The position numbers were made by a program, and so were the translations under genes. The notes below the pieces were generated by a model, which saw only the letters and a list, made by a program, of their open reading frames with translations, was not told the origin of the DNA and did not search any database. Positions 60,013 through 64,000 of a stretch of DNA of 64,000 bases are shown in pieces. Position 1 is the stretch's first letter; every line of letters starts with the position of its first letter. The stretch comes from Acidimicrobiia bacterium. GTDB lineage: Bacteria; Actinomycetota; Acidimicrobiia; IMCC26256; PALSA-555. The stretch is taken from the NCBI GenBank assembly GCA_009694295.1, contig SHVJ01000001.1, positions 7,286-71,285 on the forward strand. The letters are read 5' to 3'.

Positions 60013-60168
60013 TTGCACAAGCCGTGTCCCGCCCTGCAGTCCGTCCCGGACGCGCGGCGATGTCGGATCCCCCTCCACGCTCCTCGTCGCGGTGGCCGGG
60101 CGGTGGGCTGCGGCGGTGCACCCCGTGCCGCACCGTCGCAGCCCTCAGTTCTGCAGGAAGCTCGCCGG

Positions 60169-60174
60169 TACGCT
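60169..60174 (+). promoter_or_regulatory. -10-like TANNNT box (TACGCT), 7 nt before GTG 60182
   Basis: TACGCT-GCCGCTC-GTG. Confidence 0.45.
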
Positions 60175-60181
60175 GCCGCTC

Positions 60182-61456
60182 GTGAGCCTCCGTCCGGCGT
60201 CGATCCACATCGATGACCTCGCCGACCCGCAGTTCACGCCGCAGATCGCCGAGATGATGCAGGCGGTCGAGCCGATCGCGGCCGCGCTCGACTTCGCACC
60301 CGATGCGCTCATCGTTCAAGCGCAGGCCGACACCGGACTCGACCACTTCGGCGACGAGGCCTTCCGCGAACCACTTGCCGTCATCCTCGGAGCGCTCGAC
60401 GCGCAACCGGAACGCTCAGCGATGGGACGGGTGAGCACGCACGCTCAGGTGTCGCAGCTCTTGCGAAACCGCCTGCTCGTCGAGGATCTCGTGCGCCAGC
60501 ACCCGGAGATCCTCGACGAGAAGATCGAACGGCCGATCGTGATCGCCGGTCAGCCGCGTACCGGCACGACACACCTGCACAACCTCATCGCGTCCGACCC
60601 CGCCATGCGGTCATTGCCTTACTGGGAAAGCCTCGAACCCGTGCTGCCAGCCGACGAGCGGGCCATGGTGGCCGCCGGTGGCGAAGACCCGCGCCGCGAG
60701 CGCACCGGTGCCGGACTCGGGATCCTCGACGAGGCGATGCCGAACTTCAAGCGCATGCACGAGATGACGGTCGATCACGTGCACGAAGAGATCCAACTGC
60801 TCGCGATCGACTTCTCCACGATGCTCTTCGAGACGATGGGCGTGCTGCCCGCGTGGAAGGAGTGGTACGTCACGCACGACCAGACACCCCATTACGAGTA
60901 CCTGCGCATGGTGCTCCAAGTGCTCCAGTGGCAGCGAAGCGTCGGCAGCCGATGGGTGCTCAAGTCGCCGCAGCATCTCGAGCAGTTTCGGGCCCTGGTG
61001 CGTATCTTCCCCGACGCCACGTTTGTGGTCCCGCACCGCGATCCCGTGGCGGTGATCGCATCGAACGCCACGATGCTGGCGTACACCGCGCGTCTCAGCC
61101 ACTCGATCGTCGACCCTGTGTACATCGGTCAGTACTGGTCGGATCGCATCGAGGAGATGCTGCGGGCGGGCATGCGCGACCACGATCTGCTTCCGTCCGA
61201 TCGCACGATCGACGTGGCCTTCGACGAGTTCATGGCCGACGACGTAGCCATGGTCGAACGCATCTACGAGGTCGCCGAGCAGCCGTTCACCCCCGACGTG
61301 CGAGCGGCTATGGACGCATTCATGGTGGAGCACCCTCGCGGACGTCACGGAGGAGTGCTCTACGACCTCCAAGGTGATTTCGACATCGACCCCGCCGAAC
61401 GCCGAGAGGCAATGCGGGACTACACCGACCGCTTCAACGTGACCTTGGAGAGCTAG
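60182..61456 (+). CDS. PAPS-dependent sulfotransferase family protein (paralogue 2)
   Basis: IVIAGQPRTGTTHLHNLI 5'-PSB loop, collinear with 10750..11955. The 5' part of ORF 59864 overlaps the kinase gene and the intergenic region. Confidence 0.8.
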   Translation: MSLRPASIHIDDLADPQFTPQIAEMMQAVEPIAAALDFAPDALIVQAQADTGLDHFGDEAFREPLAVILGALDAQPERSAMGRVSTHAQVSQLLRNRLLVEDLVRQHPEILDEKIERPIVIAGQPRTGTTHLHNLIASDPAMRSLPYWESLEPVLPADERAMVAAGGEDPRRERTGAGLGILDEAMPNFKRMHEMTVDHVHEEIQLLAIDFSTMLFETMGVLPAWKEWYVTHDQTPHYEYLRMVLQVLQWQRSVGSRWVLKSPQHLEQFRALVRIFPDATFVVPHRDPVAVIASNATMLAYTARLSHSIVDPVYIGQYWSDRIEEMLRAGMRDHDLLPSDRTIDVAFDEFMADDVAMVERIYEVAEQPFTPDVRAAMDAFMVEHPRGRHGGVLYDLQGDFDIDPAERREAMRDYTDRFNVTLES

Positions 61457-62550
61457 CGGATCTTCGGAACGTCCTTGAGCTTGACGACCTTGGTCTCCGG
61501 TCGATCGGGTGTGTCGCTCGGGTAAAACCAGCGGAACCAGATACGCCCGCGCGGGTGGCCCGCGGTCGACAGCCAGTTGGGGTGACCCGGGTCAGTCTCC
61601 GACACCACGAGTGTCCACGAACCGTCGGCTTCGTACGTCGTCTGCGCGCCGTTGATCGTGACGCGCTCGTAGTCGTAGTTGTACGTGTGCATGAACTGGT
61701 TCCAGAGGCAGCAGTTCCAGAACGCGCACTCTGGTGACCGACCCGTGATCACGAGCGCTTCGTCGGGCGCGAGGTCGAAGCTCCCCATCGCGTACGCGGC
61801 ATCGCCCGCGGCCCAACCGAACGTGACCTTCTGCACCGGGTACGGCTCGTCGATGTGGTTGGGCTCACCGAGACCGAGCGGCACCATCTGCGCCTGATCC
61901 TTGATCCAGGTGAGCGCAGCTCGGAATCGGCGCGCGAGATCGGCGTCGTTCTCGCGATACGTGGACGGCGGGTCGATCGACTGGATGTGCCACGTGCAGC
62001 GCTTCCCTCGGAATGGATCCTTCAGGTAGTCGCGCGTGATGGCAGCCACCGCGTCGTCATCGAGCTGGATGAACGGTCCCTTCCACTCAGCCGGCCGCTC
62101 GCGCGCCATCCAGAACTCGAACGTGCCGTCGGGCCCGATGTCGAGGTCATCGCGATCGTTCACGCTCCCGACGATGCGTTCGGAGTAGTGACCGTCACGC
62201 GGGCCGCCATAGACGGTGAGCGAGAGGTACGCCGCGTCGCCGATCTGGCCCGTGACGCGGTACACGACCGCGGGATCCATCGGCGCGAACTGGTAGAACG
62301 CGTCGGCGTTGTCGCCACCCCACTTCTTGTAGTGACCGACGATGTCGACGAACCGCGGGTTGGCCGGGTCACCCCAGACCTGCGTGTCGAGCGCGACCTG
62401 GAGGATCGAGAAGATCCACTTGTATCCCTCGAGCACTTGCTGGTCGTCGCCCAGCGCGTTCGGTCCCTCGAAGAACCGCTCGTCGAGCGTCTTCAGCGTG
62501 TCGATGAGCTCGTGGACCACAACGGTCGTCTCGTACTGCTTGTCGGCCAT
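61453..62550 (-). CDS. DUF1214-type protein of unknown function
   Basis: MADKQYETT ... EGYKWIFSILQVAL ... WGGDNADAFYQFAPMD ... The family call is from memory. GAGAAGGA before ATG 62550. Confidence 0.65.
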   Translation of the reverse strand: MADKQYETTVVVHELIDTLKTLDERFFEGPNALGDDQQVLEGYKWIFSILQVALDTQVWGDPANPRFVDIVGHYKKWGGDNADAFYQFAPMDPAVVYRVTGQIGDAAYLSLTVYGGPRDGHYSERIVGSVNDRDDLDIGPDGTFEFWMARERPAEWKGPFIQLDDDAVAAITRDYLKDPFRGKRCTWHIQSIDPPSTYRENDADLARRFRAALTWIKDQAQMVPLGLGEPNHIDEPYPVQKVTFGWAAGDAAYAMGSFDLAPDEALVITGRSPECAFWNCCLWNQFMHTYNYDYERVTINGAQTTYEADGSWTLVVSETDPGHPNWLSTAGHPRGRIWFRWFYPSDTPDRPETKVVKLKDVPKIR

Positions 62551-62565
62551 GGCCCGATCCTTCTC

Positions 62566-62605
62566 TTTGGTCACTGGGTAGCGCCAGCTTGACCGAGTGA
62601 CCAAA
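62566..62605. promoter_or_regulatory. Perfect 10-bp inverted repeat TTTGGTCACT / AGTGACCAAA (operator-like), 20-bp spacer
   Basis: Arms at 62566-62575 and 62596-62605, between the MOSC stop and the DUF1214 ribosome-binding site. The minus strand reads ATTTGGTCACTCG, identical to 5273-5285. Confidence 0.6.
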
Positions 62606-63088
62606 TCAGCCCGGCGAGATCACATCGCCGATCTGGATGGTGCCGTCGTCGAGGATCTCGGCGCGTAGGCCACCGCGGTCGAGGAGCGCCGGGCGTACCC
62701 CAGGGCGGGTCAGCTCTTCGAGGTACACGCACGGGTGGGAGAGGTCGAAGCCTCGGAAGCGCACACCGCCCACGACGAACTCCTGGCCCACCAGGTCGTT
62801 GAGGCGCACTCCCTCGGTCACGATGTTGCGACGCGTCTCCTGCTCGGTGAGCTCGATCCCGTGCTCCGCGACCGCGCCCTGCACGGCTTCGCGCTCGATC
62901 AGCGTGACGGCGCGCTGCGCGTTCTCGATGCGGACGCCTGAGTACTTGCCCGCTTCGTTGGCGTACCGATCGCCTTCGAGGCCCTTGCCGGCGAGCGCAC
63001 GAACTTCGTCGCGCGACTCCATCGGTCTGCCTTCACCCGGCGCGACGTAGATCCCGACGACTCGTCCCTCGAACATGTCGGCGGCCAT
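62606..63088 (-). CDS. MOSC-domain protein
   Basis: GLEGDRY ... RAVTLIEREA ... RRNIVTEGVRLNDLVGQEFVVGGVRFRG ... PCVYLE. Start at ATG 63088 or 63076. Confidence 0.8.
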   Translation of the reverse strand: MAADMFEGRVVGIYVAPGEGRPMESRDEVRALAGKGLEGDRYANEAGKYSGVRIENAQRAVTLIEREAVQGAVAEHGIELTEQETRRNIVTEGVRLNDLVGQEFVVGGVRFRGFDLSHPCVYLEELTRPGVRPALLDRGGLRAEILDDGTIQIGDVISPG

Positions 63089-63105
63089 GTCCCCAGTGTG
63101 TCTCG

Positions 63106-63657
63106 TCAGGACCAAATGGGGAGCGCAATTCGCCCCCAGGCGTGATCGCGCACGCACGGACCTTCGTACTCGATGCGGTCGTCGTCGATGATGATCTCGC
63201 CGTGGATCGTGCCCGCCTGCGAGTAACGCGTGCCGTTCGCAACGTCGATCTCGGTGGCCTCCGCGGAGAACTCCCACTCAAGGTCGAGACCGACGGGGAT
63301 GCGCTCACCCAGGTCGTCGTCGCGCGTGTCAACGCTCAGACCAAACGCTTCCAGCGAGATGCTCCAGTGCTCGAACGGCGTCTCACACGTCAACGACGCC
63401 CACAACCCGTCGCCGCGCAGATCGAGCGAGTCGTCACGCTTCGGCGGCGCCACATCCTCGTCGCGCACGATGACGATGCCGATCTCGCGACCGACGATCT
63501 GGGTCCAGAACCAACATCTGCGAATCTCGGGCACGCGTGTGAGCCGGACCAGACCTCCGACACCGTCGGTACTCGCGAGGTCGAAGCCCCACGTCTCGAG
63601 CCAGCCCTCGTCGGTGACGCCTGGATGCGGCCGGTCATCGTTGGGTTTCAACGCCAT
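63106..63657 (-). CDS. Hypothetical protein (183 aa, beta-rich, acidic)
   Basis: Non-repetitive ORF MALKPNDDRPHPGVTDEGWLETWGFDLAS... No family recognised. Confidence 0.55.
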   Translation of the reverse strand: MALKPNDDRPHPGVTDEGWLETWGFDLASTDGVGGLVRLTRVPEIRRCWFWTQIVGREIGIVIVRDEDVAPPKRDDSLDLRGDGLWASLTCETPFEHWSISLEAFGLSVDTRDDDLGERIPVGLDLEWEFSAEATEIDVANGTRYSQAGTIHGEIIIDDDRIEYEGPCVRDHAWGRIALPIWS

Positions 63658-63662
63658 CCCGC

Positions 63663-63668
63663 TACATT
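63663..63668 (+). promoter_or_regulatory. -10-like TANNNT box (TACATT), 7 nt before ATG 63676
   Basis: TACATT-GTCAGCA-ATG. Confidence 0.45.
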
Positions 63669-63675
63669 GTCAGCA

Positions 63676-64000
63676 ATGGGCGGAAAGACCGAATCGTGGC
63701 GAGCGCCCGCGGGAAGATCGTTCACCCTCAACGCCGATGGCGTAGAGATCCACGCCGACGAATGGCTCCCGGCGGCCCCGATTGCCGATGCTGCGCCCGT
63801 GCTGCTCGTCCACGGGCTGGGCGCGAACACGCTCTCCTGGGAGCCGATCGGGCAGCCCCTGGCCGATGCGCTCGGCACCACCGTCACCGCCATCGACCTG
63901 ATCGGCTTCGGCCGCACCCGCGTGCCCGAACGCACAGCGTCGATTGCGACGAACCGCCAGCTCGTGACCGCTGTCCTCGAAGCGCTCGGACCGTCGACCG
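63676..64000 (+). CDS. Alpha/beta hydrolase, N-terminal fragment (runs off window end)
   Basis: My own translation: MGGKTESWRAPAGRSFTLNADGVEIHADEWLPAAPIADAAPVLLVHGLGANTLSWEPIGQPLADALG... It is open to the window end and is not in the ORF track. Confidence 0.7.
   Translation, partial: MGGKTESWRAPAGRSFTLNADGVEIHADEWLPAAPIADAAPVLLVHGLGANTLSWEPIGQPLADALGTTVTAIDLIGFGRTRVPERTASIATNRQLVTAVLEALGPST

Noticed and set aside
1-64000. Search by eye for tRNA/rRNA genes, transposases, integrases, phage genes, toxin-antitoxin pairs, restriction-modification or other defence systems, and RiPP/NRPS/PKS genes.
   Set aside because: No T-loop-like GGTTCGAATCC-type sequences were seen and none of the corresponding protein signatures were recognised. 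The window appears to be core or accessory metabolic chromosome. A profile-HMM scan could still reveal something I cannot see.

Overview
This is a GC-rich segment (about two-thirds G+C by eye, not computed) with roughly 70 tightly packed protein genes on both strands. It looks like actinobacterial chromosome. That call is an inference from the gene content: AhpE-type peroxiredoxin, DinB/DUF664, a luciferase-like (LLM) oxidoreductase, a DipZ-like thioredoxin with CcdA, and many starts that look leaderless.

I recognised no rRNA, tRNA, CRISPR array, transposase, integrase, phage gene or known defence system.

Gene content:
- **Catabolic enzymes (lipid/xenobiotic type):** 3 crotonases, 2 acyl-CoA ligases, 3 amidohydrolase-2 paralogues, 6 SDRs, a P450, an LLM oxidoreductase, hotdog thioesterase and hydratase proteins, about 6 alpha/beta hydrolases and 2 sulfotransferases.
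- **Envelope functions:** a class A PBP, a frame-broken NlpC/P60, MscL, a rhomboid protease, an Opp-type importer and a DrrAB-like exporter.
- **A glpD operon:** glpD, an FAD-linked oxidase and an FGGY kinase, sitting beside a fused E1 and an E2 that lacks a lipoyl domain.

Most interesting signals, all hypotheses from reading the sequence:
1. A T-A-N-N-N-T box 6-9 nt upstream of the start codon at 22 genes. This suggests leaderless transcription and re-sets several start codons.
2. An unusual density of short tandem repeats (12-17 bp). Three butt against -10 boxes, two sit in signal peptides (one beside a frame break) and two duplicate a stop-codon region with TAG changed to CAG.
3. A shared ATTTGGTC(ACTCG) operator-like box at two or three distant loci.
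4. Twin GTCAAC-N6-GTYGAC palindromes between the opp operon and an amidohydrolase/hydratase/ligase operon.
5. The Opp operon ends with translationally coupled genes for a neocarzinostatin-fold protein and another secreted protein.
6. The lipoyl-less E2 / fused E1 / glpD neighbourhood.

All functions are assigned from motifs I recognise, with no database search. Gene starts are my best reading and are often shorter than the ORF-track maxima.
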